DNA of 64,000 nt, from positions 2,356,001 to 2,420,000 of the forward strand of contig NW_027361896.1 of the NCBI RefSeq assembly GCF_039654945.1, written 5' to 3'. Below, one piece after another: positions 1 through 13,107 of this stretch. The position numbers were made by a program, and so were the translations under genes. The notes below the pieces were generated by a model that was not told the DNA's origin, did no database searches, and saw nothing but the letters and a program-made list of their open reading frames with translations. Numbering within the stretch: the stretch's first letter is position 1; each line of letters starts with the position of its first letter. This DNA comes from Dendrobates tinctorius. Lineage: Eukaryota.

Positions 1-237
1 TGTGTTGGTTGAAGGTAACATGCAATATGAGGTAGAGAAGATACTGGATTCCCGTCTGGCTAGACGGAGACTCCAGTATTTGGTTAAGTGGAAGGGTTAT
101 GGTCAGGAGGATAATTCCTGGGTCTCTGCCTCTGATATTCATGCCGAAAGATTGGTGCGTGCTTTTCATCGGGCTCATCCTGATCGGCCTGGTGGCTTGG
201 ATGAGGGTTCGGTGACCCCTCCTCAAGGGGGAGCTAC
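1..237 (+). mobile_element. 3' end of a chromovirus-type Gypsy LTR retrotransposon: integrase chromodomain and polypurine tract
   Basis: ORF 2..388 reads YEVEKILDSR..QYLVKWKGYGQEDNSW (chromodomain). The purine tract AAGGGGGAG lies just before TGT at 238. Confidence 0.9.
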
Positions 238-1062
238 TGTTGTGAGCTCATCTGTTCATTCATCTTTTGTGTCCGAGGATCTCCCTCTTCTGGTTAAGGA
301 AGTTAGTGAGGATGATTTGGATGAAAGAAACCAAACACCTGATCAGGTGGATCGTGACTGGGTAACGGGAACTACAGACTGGATATAAGGCAGCTGACGC
401 CCTTTTGAGTCGCTGGTGATTTCTCTGCTGGATTCTTGGAGACCAGTCTGATTCCTGCTTCCAAAAGATTAGTTTTTGCTCTGCTATTGAACTTTTTAGT
501 TTTGGTTTTGTTTACCTTGTTTTTTGAGTTCAGCCATCCCCGGCCGGGGGTGTGCTGGATTCTTTTTCCTTGATCAGTGTTCTCTTTTGCTCTGCTTCCA
601 GAATATTCTGAGTGCTGATATAGGGTTTGAAGTCTAGTGACTTCAGGGTCCTTTTTGCTTATCAGTTGTGTTGGTAGTATTTTTTGGCAGGGTTTTCTCG
701 AATTACAGACAGCAACTTTTCTGTCCTGTCCTTTTTAGTTACCTTGGGCCCCATCGTTTGCTCAACCTATCTTTCTATCTGTGTTAGTGTTTTCATCTTG
801 CTTCACCATCATTATATGTTGGGGGCTGCCTATTGCTTTGGGGTCTGCTCTGGGGCAGTCAGTTTTTCTCTTTTCTCTCTTTAGGCTTGTGTAGATCTCC
901 GGCTGTGCCGAGGTGTCTAGGATCACCCTAGGAACACTCCACGGCTACTGTTAGTTGTGTGATAGGATCAGGGGTCTGCAATCCGCTAGTTTCCAACCTC
1001 TCTGATTTTCTGGGCTGAGCTTGTGTTTTGTTTTTTTCCTCCTCGGTGACTCAATCATAACA
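238..1062 (+). mobile_element. 3' LTR of the chromovirus Gypsy element
   Basis: Starts TGTTGTGA right after the PPT and ends TCATAACA (7/8 inverted match). Penelope RT sequence begins abruptly at 1063. Confidence 0.85.
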
Positions 1063-2407
1063 GGGAGCCCTGCCAGATCAATAGAATGTCATCAATGTAC
1101 CGGGTCCAAAAAAGGACCCGGTCCATTGATGACTGATGATCAGACAGGAAGAGGTCCCTCTCCCACAGCCCCAGGAACAGGTTAGCATAGGCGGGCGCAA
1201 AGGCCGCTCCCATGGCTGTTCCCTAGAGCTGTAGGTAGAAGGACCCCTTAAATACAAAAAAATTGAGTTAACGAAAATTCCAATAAATCAAGAATATGTT
1301 CCCTAAAATGCGAGGAGGATCCAGAGTGTTCTAGAAAGAAGTGCACTGCCCTCAAGCCATCCTGATGTTTGATACTTGTATATAAAGACTCAACGTCTGC
1401 TGTGGCCAGGGCAGTGTCACTGTCTAAATGAAGACAATCTAACTTCTTTAAGAGCTCCCCGGTATCCTTAAGGAAGGAAGGCAAGTTCTCCACGAGAGGT
1501 TGGAGATGGTAGTCAATCCATCGATTGGCATTTTCCAGGAAGTTCCCATTCCCTGAGATGATTGGTCTGCCCGGCGGTACCTTATTATCCTTATGAATCT
1601 TCGGGAGGAGATAAAAGGTGGAGACCGCTGGCTCATGCACCCTAAGTGCATCCGCCAGATTTTTAGTAATTATATTCACCTCCACAGATGAATCAAGGAT
1701 GCTGTCTAATTGGGAGCTGAAAGTGGACAAGGGGTTAAAGGTCAGCTTGTTATAGCATACCGTGTTATTATAGAGTTGACGAAATGCCTCTTTTTCGTAC
1801 ATCGTCTTGGGCCATATAACCACATTACCCCCCTTGTCCGCCGGTTTCAGCACATCCTGCAGATTTTTGAGATATTGTAGTCTCGACCTTTCATCTCCAC
1901 CCAAATTATCATCATTAAAACGTTGTGGAATTTTAAACAGATCTTGTGTTACCACCTGGACGAACAAATCTATGTTCGCACAACTAGATAGGGGAGGGAA
2001 CTTCCTGGAACGTGGTTTAATCGATGGTGGTATCTTACTTCCCTCCCAAGTGTTTTCACCGGAGAGCTCTTCAAGGATCCTCACCGCATTCTGTTCTTCC
2101 TCTGTGGGAAGGGATAACCGAGAGTCATTATTAAAGAAATATCGCTTGAACAACAAGGATCTGGCGAATAGATGCAAATCTTTAATCGCCGTAAATGCAT
2201 CAAAACCGGCTGTAGGCGAGAAAGACCTCTATTGAGCAATGCCATATCCGTAGATGTAAGTATATGACTACTTAGGTTAATCACCTTATTAGTCTTAGAA
2301 TGGTCAGGTGAGACCGAATGATGTCTTTTGATATGGATGATACGTACGGGAACGAAATTTAGTCGTCACAGCACCAGATCTCGTTGTCATGGACATAGAG
2401 GAAGCAT
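1063..2407 (-). mobile_element. Penelope-like element, inverted 5' copy (N-terminus to the YIDD region), cut on the left by the Gypsy insertion
   Basis: ORF 1248..2177 has KPADKGGNVV, FYLLPKIHK, PGRPIISG and DVESLYT. 1063-~1733 is the reverse complement of ~2408-3080. Confidence 0.9.
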
Positions 2408-2410
2408 CCC

Positions 2411-4183
2411 TTGTCCGTTTTCAGCTCCCAATTAGACAGCATCCTTGATTCATCTGTGGAGGCGAATATAATTACTAAAAATCTGGCGGATGCACTTGGG
2501 GTGCATGAGCCAGCGGTCTCGACCTTTTATCTCCTCCCGAAGATTCATAAGGATAATAAGGTACCGCCGGGCAGACCAATCATCTCAGGGAATGGGAACT
2601 TCCTGGAAAATGTCAATCGATGGATTGACTACCATCTCCAACCTCTCGTGGAGAACTTGCCTTCCTTCCTTAAGGATACCGGGGAGCTCTTAAAGAAGTT
2701 AGATTGTCTTCATCTAGACAGTGACACTGCCCTGGCCACAGCAGACGTTGAGTTTTTATATACAAGTATCAAACATCAGGATGGCTTGAAGGCAGTGCGC
2801 TTATTTCTAGAACACTCTGGATCCTCCTCGCATTTTAGGTAACTTATTTTTGATTTATTGGAATTTTCGTTAACTCATAATTTTTTTGCATTTAAGGGGT
2901 CCTTCTACCTACAGCTCCAGGGAACAGCCATGGGAGCGGCCTTTACGCCCTCCTATGCTAACCTGTTCCTGGGGCTGTGGGAGAGGGACCTCTTCCTGTC
3001 TGAGCATCAGTCATCAATGGACCGGGTCCTTCTTTGGACCCGGTACATTGATGACATTCTATTGATCTGGCAGGGCTCCCCTTCTGATCTTGATAAATTC
3101 TTTTTGGACTTGAACAACAATGATCTCTATATCCGGTTGACATATGTACATGATGGGGAGAAAGTTGAATTTCTTGACACTGTAGTCAAGAAGGATAACA
3201 TCGGTATGTTACAAACAGACATTTATCGCAACCCTACGGCTACAAATTCTCTCCTCCATGCTACGTCATGCCATCCTGGACATGTCATCAGGGCTGTACC
3301 TGTGGGACAGTTTCTCCGTTTGCGGCAGTTCTGTTCCTCAGCTCTAGATTTTGAGAAACGGGCTAAAGAATTGAGGAACCGCTTCCTAGATAGGGGCTAC
3401 AGTCGGTCTTCTATAAAAAAGGCTTATAATAGAGCGAAATATAGTTCACACTCAGCCTTACTTTACAACAAGGTGAATAATACGCCCAAAGAATCCCATG
3501 TTAGATTTGTTACCGGTTATAATTCTCAGGCATTAAAGGTACGGAAAGCCCTTCAGAAATCCTGGTCTATCTTACAGGTAGACCCGATTCTGTCAAAAAT
3601 TTTGCCCGAAAAACCCGCATTATTTAGAAGAGCAAGAAATCTCAGGGATCACCTTACTCGTAGCCTTTATGTAAGTGAGCCTAAAATTACTTTTTTGGAC
3701 AATATGACCGCCCGACATGGGACGCGTCCGTGTGGCCACTGCGTCGCTTGTCCGAACATGGATCGTGCCACCACCTTCACTGACTCTAGTGGAAAGATTT
3801 ATAATATCAAAAAATTGATCTCATGTGATACACGGTATGTCATTTACCATGCTACATGCCCTTGTGGTCTTATATATAGGCCTTACTTCACATCAGTTGA
3901 AGGTGCGTGTGCGGGAACATGTTCTGGGCATTGAGGCGTCTGTTGGCCAGACGGACATGTCCTTGTTAAAGACGATCCCTCGGCACATTAAGCTCTTTCA
4001 TGGGAGCAATGGTAGTCTCATCAGGTTTAAGGGTATACAGTAGATGCCCTTGATATCTCTATCAGGGGTGGTAAATTATCCACCAAGTTAGCGCGCTTGG
4101 AATCCCGTTGGATTTGGTCATTGAGAACTGTGCACCCTCATGGTTTGAATGAAAACCTCAGTTTTGCCCCCTTTTTGGATTAG
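2411..4183 (+). pseudogene. Disrupted Penelope RT/GIY-YIG ORF
   Basis: ORF pieces 2411..2842, 2858..3934 and 3825..4043, with a stop at 2840 and a frameshift near 3875. Confidence 0.85.
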
Positions 4184-5337
4184 GTTACTGCGGAGTTTCC
4201 CCCCCTTTTTTGCTTTTTTTTTGCTGTTTTACTTATATTTTCATTCCCTTTTTTGATTTTATCTTTTTTATCATTTTTTAGTTGATCATATACTATTCGG
4301 GCTTCCGGATGGATGGGCTGGTGTATATGTATACTGAAATGAAGCTTCCCTCTTCTATTGCTGACGTGCCAGGAGTGCATATTGTGACATGATTGATATG
4401 AAGTCTCCTTCCCTTACAGTGGATGCGCCAGGAGTTCATATTACTCTGACTAATGGACTTTGTTGCGGCATTATGGAGTTTTGTTTTTGCTCTATTGACT
4501 TCATCTGTTATATTATTTTACTTGGTATATTTACATGGTGCTATATAGACATCGTAGAGTAGCCCTTTTTGATGCTCTGTCGATGGCATAATTAGAGGGT
4601 TATTGATTATCCATCATGATTGAGGCTTATATAATGATATCTCATATTTTGTTATATTATGATTCTCTGATTATATGGGGATATTCATACTCTTGTTACC
4701 ATATTGTGATATCTTGATTATTGTTGCACGTATTTTATTGTTAAACTGTGAGTTTGTATATCCCTTATATACTTTTCCATATATATATATATACATGTAT
4801 ACTCCTGCTAATTATATGTGAATATTATTCAATTGTATTTGTCCTCAATAGATTATATTGACTCTAATTATTCTTTACGCTTAGTATTTAAAACTATCTA
4901 TTCCACATTTATATGATTTATTCATATTATCCACATGATCGATGGTTAATGTCCTTTTTCCGTGTGTCATTCTTTGCCCTTATGGCCCTATGGAGACTTG
5001 TGTATTTATGCCAGCTTCCAATATGGTGGTGCTTCCCTCAGTTTTTCTATTGCGCCTGTGCGGCTCCCTCAGCACCTCCTATGCTGACGTCAGGTATTAT
5101 GGGCGTCCAGTCTAGCGGGGCCCCGCCTGTTTTGAGCGTCACATTTCCTCACTGTCATACCTAGAGGGGCGTGCGCATCTCCCAGGCGCCGGCTTACATC
5201 GCCGCTCTGATTTTTTAGTTATGCACGCGATTAGCGTGCGCGTTACTATGACAACGTATTACTACTTCCGGTTATACCGCCTGCCCAATTTCCGGCCTAT
5301 GCCCGTTATTTAAACAGCGTCTCTCACTATTCCTTGT

Positions 5338-5375
5338 GCCCCCTGACGAAGGTGTTCTGAAACGCGCATTGGGGC
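5338..5375 (+). ncRNA. Minimal type I hammerhead ribozyme motif in the Penelope pLTR
   Basis: GCCCC-CTGACGA-AGGTGTTCT-GAAA-CGCGC-ATT-GGGGC: both core boxes, stem I GCCCC/GGGGC, a short stem II and a palindromic stem III loop. Confidence 0.8.
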
Positions 5376-6488
5376 GGACCCAGGGACCCCCTGCTTGCCA
5401 TCTGCTACAGTGTCCAGGTAATAGCTAATATTGAGCATAATATGTGTATATGTTTCCGAATTTTGTTTTGACCTATTAAGTCATAGCCTGGCCATTTGTT
5501 ATGTGCATTGCACCTACCATTATGAATTACTAGGTGTATTTGCTATATTATATAATCTATTCCTTATTATCATGATTATATTAGAGTGCAGTATTGGCAA
5601 CATGGGCCTCCTTGTCCCTTATTGTGGGTGATGTTTTTATGGTCTTACAGCATTGTACTTGTGCCTCTTTTTCCTTGCCTCACTTGTGAATAAAGCAATT
5701 TTATTATGACCCTTTGTTGTACTTTGAATATTCCCCCCCCCTTGATCGTCATGTGGTTGGTACAGTGGGTCGCTGATAGTCCCTGGGTGTATGTGTTGTT
5801 AATGTGTTACTGTATATTACATTAATTGACTTTCTCCACATGTCAGAAACACCAGGTTTTACTACCCTCTTCATTTTTCAATGACATTTCCCAGTGAATG
5901 CATTTGTATTGGTTGAAAGCAATGCTAACGTTGCAAAACGTCTCAAAAACGCTGTGTGTGAACATAGCTCAAGTGGTGGAGAAATATTTTTGTTTTGGGT
6001 TAATTATTTTGACTTAGAGAAGTCATTACCCTAGAAAGGATGTTCCTTAACATATTTCCCAGCAAAATCCATTTTGGTTTTGTTTTTGTAGGTTTTTTGG
6101 TTCGCCTGTATAAAGGGTGTGAAACTCTGACAACATTGTTTTGAGCTGTGACCTAGGAGTGAGAAATGCTTCCAGGTGCAGTTGCCATGATGTTCCCGTG
6201 TAATTTGAGCAGTGATTCCATCATTTTCTGACATTTTTAGACCTTGAAAGGACTCCCGGGGGGGGGGGGGGGGGATCGTGGTTAAAATGCTCAGGTCTCC
6301 CATAGACTTACATTGGTCTCATTGTTCTCTCCGAGTACCCGAGTATTCCAATTTGCTCGATCCAAGCAACAAGCACCCGAGCATTTTAGTGCTCGCTCAT
6401 CATTAATTGTTACGTTTTGTTATCTAACCAGAGCTGAAAGGCTAATTCTTAGCCAATTCCTACTACAGGATTTGACTGCATCAGGCTA

Positions 6489-7740
6489 CAGTGGGAGGAA
6501 AAAAGTATTTAGTCAGCCACCAATTGTGCAAGTTCTTCCTCAAAAAGATGAGAGGCCTGTAATTGACATCATAGGGAGACCACAACTATGAGATTCAAAA
6601 TGAGAAAACAAATCCAGAAAATCACCTTGTCTGATTTGGCAAGATTTATTTTGCAAATTGTAGTGGAAAATAAGTATTTGGTCATTAACAAAAGATCATC
6701 TCAATATTTTGTTACATATCCTTTGTTGGCAATGACAGAGGTCAAGTGTTTTCTGTAAGTCTTCACTAGAATGGCACATACTGTTGGTGGAATGTTGGCC
6801 CATTCCTCCATGCAGATCTCCTCTAGAGCAGTGATGTTTTGGGCCTATCGCTGGACAACACAGACTTTCAGATCCCTCCAAAGTTTTTCTATGGGGTTGA
6901 GATTTGGAGACTGGCTAAGGCCACTTCACGCCACTCCATACACTGATCAGTCGTCTTGGTCCCTTTGCAGAGAAACCGCTCTAAAACATGATGTTGCCAC
7001 CCCCATGCTTCACAATATGTATGGTATTCTTTGGCTGCAACACAGCATTCTGTCTCTTCCAAACACAACAAGTTTTGTTTCTACCAAAGAGTTCTATTTT
7101 GGTTTCATCAGACCATATGACATTCTCCCAATACTCTTCTGGAAAATCCAAATGCTCTCTAGCAAACTTCAGACAGGCCTGGAAATGTACTGGCTTAAGC
7201 ACGGGGACACGTCTGGCACTGCAAGTTTTGAGTCCCTGGCGGCGTAGTGTGTTACTGATGGTACCCTTTGTTACGATGGTCCCAGCTCTTTGCAGGTCGT
7301 CATTCACTAAGTCGCACTGTGTGGTTATGAGATTTTTTCTCACTGTTCTTGTGATCGTTTTGACCCCATGGGGTGAGATCTTGCCTGGAGCCCCAGATTC
7401 AGGGAAGTTATCAGTGGTCTTGTATGTGTTCCATTTTAATATTAATGCTCCCACAGTTGATTTCATCACACCAACCTGCTTGCCTATTGCAGATTCAGTC
7501 TTCCCAGACTGGTGCAGGGCTGCAATTTTGTTTCTGGTGTCCTTCGACAGCTCTTTGGTCTTCACCATAGCGAAGTTTGGAGTGTGACTGAGGTTGTGGA
7601 CAGGTGTCTTTTATACTGATAGAAAGTTCAAAGAGGTGCCATTACTACAGGTAATGAGAGGTGGACAGATGAGCCTTTTAAAGAAAAAGTTACAGGTCTG
7701 TGGGAACCAGAAATCTTGCATCTTTTTAGGTGACCAAATA
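6489..7740 (-). mobile_element. Tc1 transposon with an internal deletion and a truncated right end
   Basis: TA-CAGTGGG terminus at 6489. ORF 6981..7568 reads MVKTKELSKDTRNKI...VIWSDETKIELFG...VKHGGGNIM; the DLNPIE region is near 6900. Confidence 0.9.
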
Positions 7741-8320
7741 CCTTATATTTTTGGGACTGTAAGATGCACTGGACCATAAGATGCGCCTAGGTTTTAGAGG
7801 AGGAAATTAGGAAAAAACTGAAGCAAACAATGTGTTCAATTCTGTACTTAATATCCCCTATCCTGGTAAATATGGTCTCCTCATTCCTTTCCTGGTATAC
7901 ATGGCTCCCTCATTTCCATCCTGGCATGCATGCCTCCTCATCCCTAGCCTGGTATGCATGGCCCCCTCATCGTTATCCTGGCAGGAATGATCACCCTCAT
8001 CCCTATACTGTTATGCAGTGTCCCCATCTCATCCTAGTATGCATGGCCCCATCTCTATCCTGGTATGCAGGGCCCCATCCTTAGCCTGGTATGATTGGCC
8101 CCATCGCAGTCCTGGTATGCATGGCCCGATCACGGTCTTGGTATGCATGGCCCCACCCTTATCCTGGTATGATTGGTCCGATCCTTATTCTGGTATGATT
8201 GACCCCATCCCGGTCCTGGTATGCATGGCCCCATCAGAAAAGATTAAAAAAAAACCCAAAACATTACACCTACCTTCCTCCGCTCTCTCGTAGCGTCTTG
8301 TTTTAATACCAGCAGCTGCT
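7741..8320. mobile_element. Probable Tigger/pogo-like non-autonomous fragment containing a minisatellite
   Basis: The start resembles a CCGTATTTTTCGGACTATAAGACGCAC-type terminus. No second TIR found. Confidence 0.4.
7855..8235 (+). repeat. Minisatellite, about 28-31 bp unit, core TCCTGGTATGCATGGCCCC
   Basis: More than 10 degenerate tandem copies are visible. Confidence 0.9.
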
Positions 8321-8982
8321 TAATACATTCCTTGAGGGGTCTAGTTTCCAAAATGGGGTCATTTTGGGGTTTTCCGCTGTTTTGGCATATGAGGGGCGTT
8401 TCTAAACAGGACATGACACACCTTCCCTTTCGAGCCCTACCGTGCGCCCAAACAGTAGTTTTCTCCCTAATATTGGGTATCTGCATACTGAGGATAAATT
8501 GCACAACCTGTTGTATGGCACAATTTCTCCTGTTACTCTTCTAAAAATGCAACATTTGGGGCTAAAAACATATTTGTGGGGAAAATGTTTTTTTTTTCTC
8601 GATTTTCATGGCTCAACCTGTGAATCACATGGGGGTTCAATTTGCTCACCACACATCTAGATCAGTTCCCTGAGGGGTCTAGTTTCCAGAATGGTGTTTT
8701 TTGTGGGGGATTTTAACTGTTTAGGCACATCAGGAGCTCTCCAAATGGCACTCCTACCCTTCTGAGCCTTGCCGTGTGCCCAAACAGTGGTTTGTTCACT
8801 CATATGGGGTATCGGCATGCTCAGCAGAAAGTCCAGTTTTGGTGTCCATTTTTCCCAGTTACCCTTGTCAAAATAAATAATTTGGATCTGAAGTAAATTT
8901 TTTGTGAATTAAATGAAATATTCATTTTTTTTCACATATCAAAAATTCCTGTGTATCTGAAAGGTTAATAAACTTCTTGAAT

Positions 8983-10415
8983 TTTTTTAAATTGTAATTT
9001 TCATTGAAAATGTTTAAAATTTTACAGGAAAAGAAAAAAATTAGTTTTTTCACTCTCTTTTAACAACCAGTCTTATATTATAGTAATAGTAGCATTTTCA
9101 AGTAGATAAAGAGTAACTTTTTACAAACACACAGACGGAGGCAAATGGAAAGGAGGGGGAAATTGTTAGCGTGGGTAGTCAGGAGCCGGAAACTCCAGGA
9201 GTGGACCCTCTGGACCATGGCACCGAGGGGCCCAGGCGAGCTGCCAGGTGGAACCGACCCCTATACAGGGACCGTTAGGAGCAGGCCCAGGGGTCAAGTA
9301 CCACGGTAACCGGTACCAAGAGGGGCGGCTCAGGCTGGAGTAGGAGTGTGGAACTGAAGTGTAGACTGTAAGGCTGGAAAGTGAAGGGATGACGAGTGGA
9401 ACACAGGAGACATGACTGGAGTGGGACTGTAGGAGTGTGGATAGCTGGATGGAGCAGGAACACCGGAGGAAGGACTGGAGTAGGATGGAACAGGAACACA
9501 GGAGCAGGACTGTACAGGAGCACAGGGCAGGAGACAGAGGAAGCAGGAACATTGGAGCAGGACGGAGGATACTGCAGGGAACACGGATTACAGGGCTGCG
9601 AGGCTGCTGCAGGGCCCAGTGTGCAAGGTAACACAACGATCAGGCGCCTCCCTGAGGGGGAAGCGGCCTGATATGGCCCCGTCTGGTCTGCCATTGGTCC
9701 GAAGGTGCTTCCGGGTCAGAGCACAGCCGGAGCACAAGAAGCAGATGGGATGCGCGGCCGCTGCCTATAGCGCATGCGCATTGCATGCAGAGACTGTGTC
9801 GGCCGCGAGCCTGTCAGAGGTGGCCTTCGGGCGGCGATGGGCTGCGGTGTGGGAGCGGAGGCCGGGTATGTTGGAGCGGCGTGACAGAAATGATGTGGAA
9901 TGTTACGACTTAATTATAGCCATCTCGTAGAGGTCATATAAATAACATGGACCAAAAGGAATCCCAAGGAGACCAAACGAGGTTAAATCTTTCTACAGTA
10001 TTGTCATTAAGGGCTGCCCGTTATTTAATGTTCCTGATATCCTTGATGCGAGAATATGTAGATCTAGTTAGGAAGGTGGAGAGGTTTGCTTAAATGGTAG
10101 GCAATCAAACAGCATGCTGCTGTAGGCATATGTAAAAGCAATCTAGTTGATCTCTTGGATCTGGATTCAGGGAAAATATTTATTAGAAAGAGCTGCGGAC
10201 TCAATGAGAGATCCTCTCCAAAAACTTGCTTAACGAGGATTTGGACTATTACCCACAACTGTCTAATCAGGGGACCGTCCCAAAAAATGTGAAATATAGA
10301 ACCTCTAGAAAGGACGCAACGCCAGCAAAGGGAATTAATAGATGGGTCCATTTTATGTAAAAATTCAGGTTTATGGTACCAGAGATTAAGAATTTTGTAC
10401 TGATTTTCTTTATAA
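8983..10415 (-). mobile_element. L1-clade LINE 3' fragment, 5'-truncated
   Basis: ORF 10064..10435 has CWRC..GSIFHIFW (ORF2 C-terminal Cys/His motif). T-run tail at 8983; TTGAAT duplicated at 8977-8982 and 10416-10421. Confidence 0.8.
9164..9886. mobile_element. Solo LTR
   Basis: TGT...ACA ends with the 5-bp TSD GAAAT at 9159-9163 and 9887-9891. Confidence 0.85.
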
Positions 10416-11329
10416 TTGAATGTGGTATTGAGCACCTTGAGGCTATGTGCACACGTATGCTGAAAATTTCTGCATAAAAACAGGACTCCTTCCCAGAAAA
10501 CACGCGTTTTTGCTGCGATTTTTGCTGATTTTTTTTCTGCACGTCCCCAGACACATAGAAAATAGCAAGAAATGCTGAATTTTCCGCGAAACTAATGAGC
10601 ATGCTGCGTTTTTACCGCAAAACGTCTTTTCGCGGAAAAAACGCATCAATATGCACAAAAAGTGCAAAATGCATTAACCCCTTCACTACCAAGGGTGGTT
10701 TGCACGTTAACTCCCGGGCCAATTTTTACAATTCTGACCACTGTCCCTTTATAAGGTCATAACTCTGAAACGCTTCCATGGATCCCGGTGATTCTGACAC
10801 TGTTTTCTCATGACATATCGTACTTCATGTTATTGGTAAAATTGCATTCAAATAACTTGCGTTTATTTGTGAAAAAAACAGAAATTTGGCGAAGATTTTG
10901 AAAGTTTCGCAATTTTCCAACTTTTAATTTTTATGCCCTTAAATCACAGCGATACGGCACACAAAAAACTTAATAAATAACATTTCCCACATGTTTACTT
11001 TACATCAGCACAATTTTGGAACCAAAATTTTTTTTTGTTAGGAAGTTATAAGGGTTAAAAGTTGACCAGCGATTTCTAATTTTTGCAACACGATTTTATT
11101 TTTAGGGACCACATCACATATGAAGCCACTTTGAGGGGTCTATATGATAGAAAATACCCAAAAGTGACACCATTCTAAAAACTGCACCCCTCAAGGTGCT
11201 CAAAACCACATTCAAGAAGTTTATTAACCCTTTAGGTGCTTCACAGGAATTTTTTGAATATTTAAAAAAAAAAATGAACATTTAACTTTTTTTCACAAAA
11301 AAAATACTTCAGGTTCAATTTTCTTTATT

Positions 11330-13045
11330 TTACCAAGGGTAACAGGAGAAATTGAACTGCAAAAGTTATTGTGCAATTTGTCCTGAGCACGCTGATACCT
11401 GATATGTGGGGGGTAACCACTGTTTCGGCGCTTGGCAGACCTCAGTAGGGAAGGAGCGCCGTTTGACTTTTTCAGTGCAAAATTGGCTGGAATTCAGATC
11501 GGACGCCATGTCGTGTTTGGAGAGCCCCTGATGTACCTAAACAGTGGAAACCCCCCAAGTGACCCCATTTTGGAAAATAGACCCCCCCAAGGAACTTATC
11601 TAGATATGTGGTGAGAACTTTGAACCCACAAGGGCTTCACAGAAGTTTATAACGTACAGCGCCCAATTTTTATTTTTCCAAGGGTAACAGGACCCTAAAA
11701 GTTATTGTGCAATTTGTCCTGAGTACGCTGATACCCCATATGTGGGTGTAAATGACTATTTGGGTGCATAGCAGAGCTCAGAAGGGAAGCAGCGCCATTT
11801 GACGTTTTTGGCTAGAATTGAGATCGGACACCATGTCGTGATTGGAAAACCCCTGATGTACCAAAACAGTGGAAACCCCCCACAAATGACACCATTTTGG
11901 AATCTAGACCCCCCAAGGAACTTATCTAGATGTGTGGTGAGAACTTTGAACGCCCAAGGGCTTCACAGAAGTTTATAACATACAGCCGTAAAATTAAAAA
12001 ATCATATTTTTTCCACAAAAATGATCTTTTCACCCTCAATTCTTATTTTTCCAAGAGTAACAGGACCCTAAAAGATATTGTGCAATTTATCCTGAGTACG
12101 CTGATACCCCACATGTGGGTAAACCACTATTTGGGCGCATGGCAGAGCTCGGAAGGGAAGCAGCACCATTTGACGTTTTTGGCTGGAATTGAGATCGGAC
12201 ACCATGTCGTGTTTGGAAAGCCCCTGATGTACCAAAACAGTAGAAATGATGACACCAATGCCACAAATGACACCATTTTGGAAACTAGCCCCCCCAAGGA
12301 ACTTATCTAGATGTGTGATGAGCACTTTGAACCCCCCAGTGCTTAACAAGTTTATAACGCCCGGGCGTGAAAATAAAATAATATTTTTTCCACAAACATC
12401 ATCTTTTAGTCCCCATTTTTTTTATTTTCCCAAGGGTAACAGGAGATATTGGACCCCAAAAGTTGTTGTCCAATTTGTCCTGAGTACGCTGATACCTCAT
12501 ATGTGGGAGAAAACTGTATGGGCACACGTCGGGACTCGGAAGGGAAGTAGTGACGTTTTGGAATACAGACTTTGATGGATTGGTCTGCAGGTGTCATGTG
12601 CGTTTGGAGAGCCCCTGATGTACCTAAACTATTGAAACTCCCCACAAGTGACCCCATTTTGGAAGCTAGACCCCCCACGGAACTTATCTAGATGTGTGGT
12701 GAGCACTTTGAACCCCCAAGTGCTTCACAGAAGTTTATAACGCCTGGGCATGAAAATAAAAAAATCATTTTTTTTTCCGCAAAAATGATATTTTTGCCCC
12801 CAATTTTTTAGTTTCCTAAGGGTAACAGGAGAAATTGGACCCCAAAAGTTGTTTTGTAATTTGTCCTGAGTAGGCTGATACCCCATATGTGGGGGTAAAA
12901 CACTGTTTGGGCGCATGGCAGAGCTTGGAAGGGAAGGAGCACCATTTGACTTTTTCAACTCAGAATTGGCTGGAATTGAGATCAGACGCTGATGTTGCCT
13001 TTGGAGAGCACCTGATGTGCCCAAACAGTGGAAACCCCCCAATTA
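11330..13045 (+). repeat. Internal tandem array, 5 units of about 340-390 bp
   Basis: The anchor TCCTGAG..GCTGATACC recurs at 11381, 11717, 12090, 12478 and 12864. Confidence 0.9.
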
Positions 13046-13051
13046 TAACTC

Positions 13052-13107
13052 CAACCCTAACCCCAACACACCCCTAACCCTAATCTGAGCCCTAGCCCTA
13101 ACCCTAA
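13052..13107 (+). repeat. Degenerate telomere-like (CCCTAA)n inside the piggyBac-like element
   Basis: ACCCTAACCCCAAC...CCCTAACCCTAA...CCCTAGCCCTAACCCTAA. Confidence 0.8.

Larger units (their letters stand above)
2408..5750 (+). mobile_element. Penelope-like (Neptune-type) element: RT, Cys-rich linker, GIY-YIG endonuclease and 3' pLTR region
   Basis: Motifs PGRPIISG, QGTAMG, RYIDD, CGHCVAC and VIY..CPCG..YIGLT..RVREH. Hammerhead at 5338 and AATAAA at 5689. The right boundary is approximate. Confidence 0.9.

Noticed and set aside
6080-6250. Possible exon after TTTTGTTTTTGTAG
   Set aside because: All three frames stop quickly and there is no TEX10-like peptide.
9166-9930. Cluster of Ser/Pro/Cys-rich ORFs
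   Set aside because: Low-complexity interior of a solo LTR bounded by a TSD; the same applies to 49210-49714.
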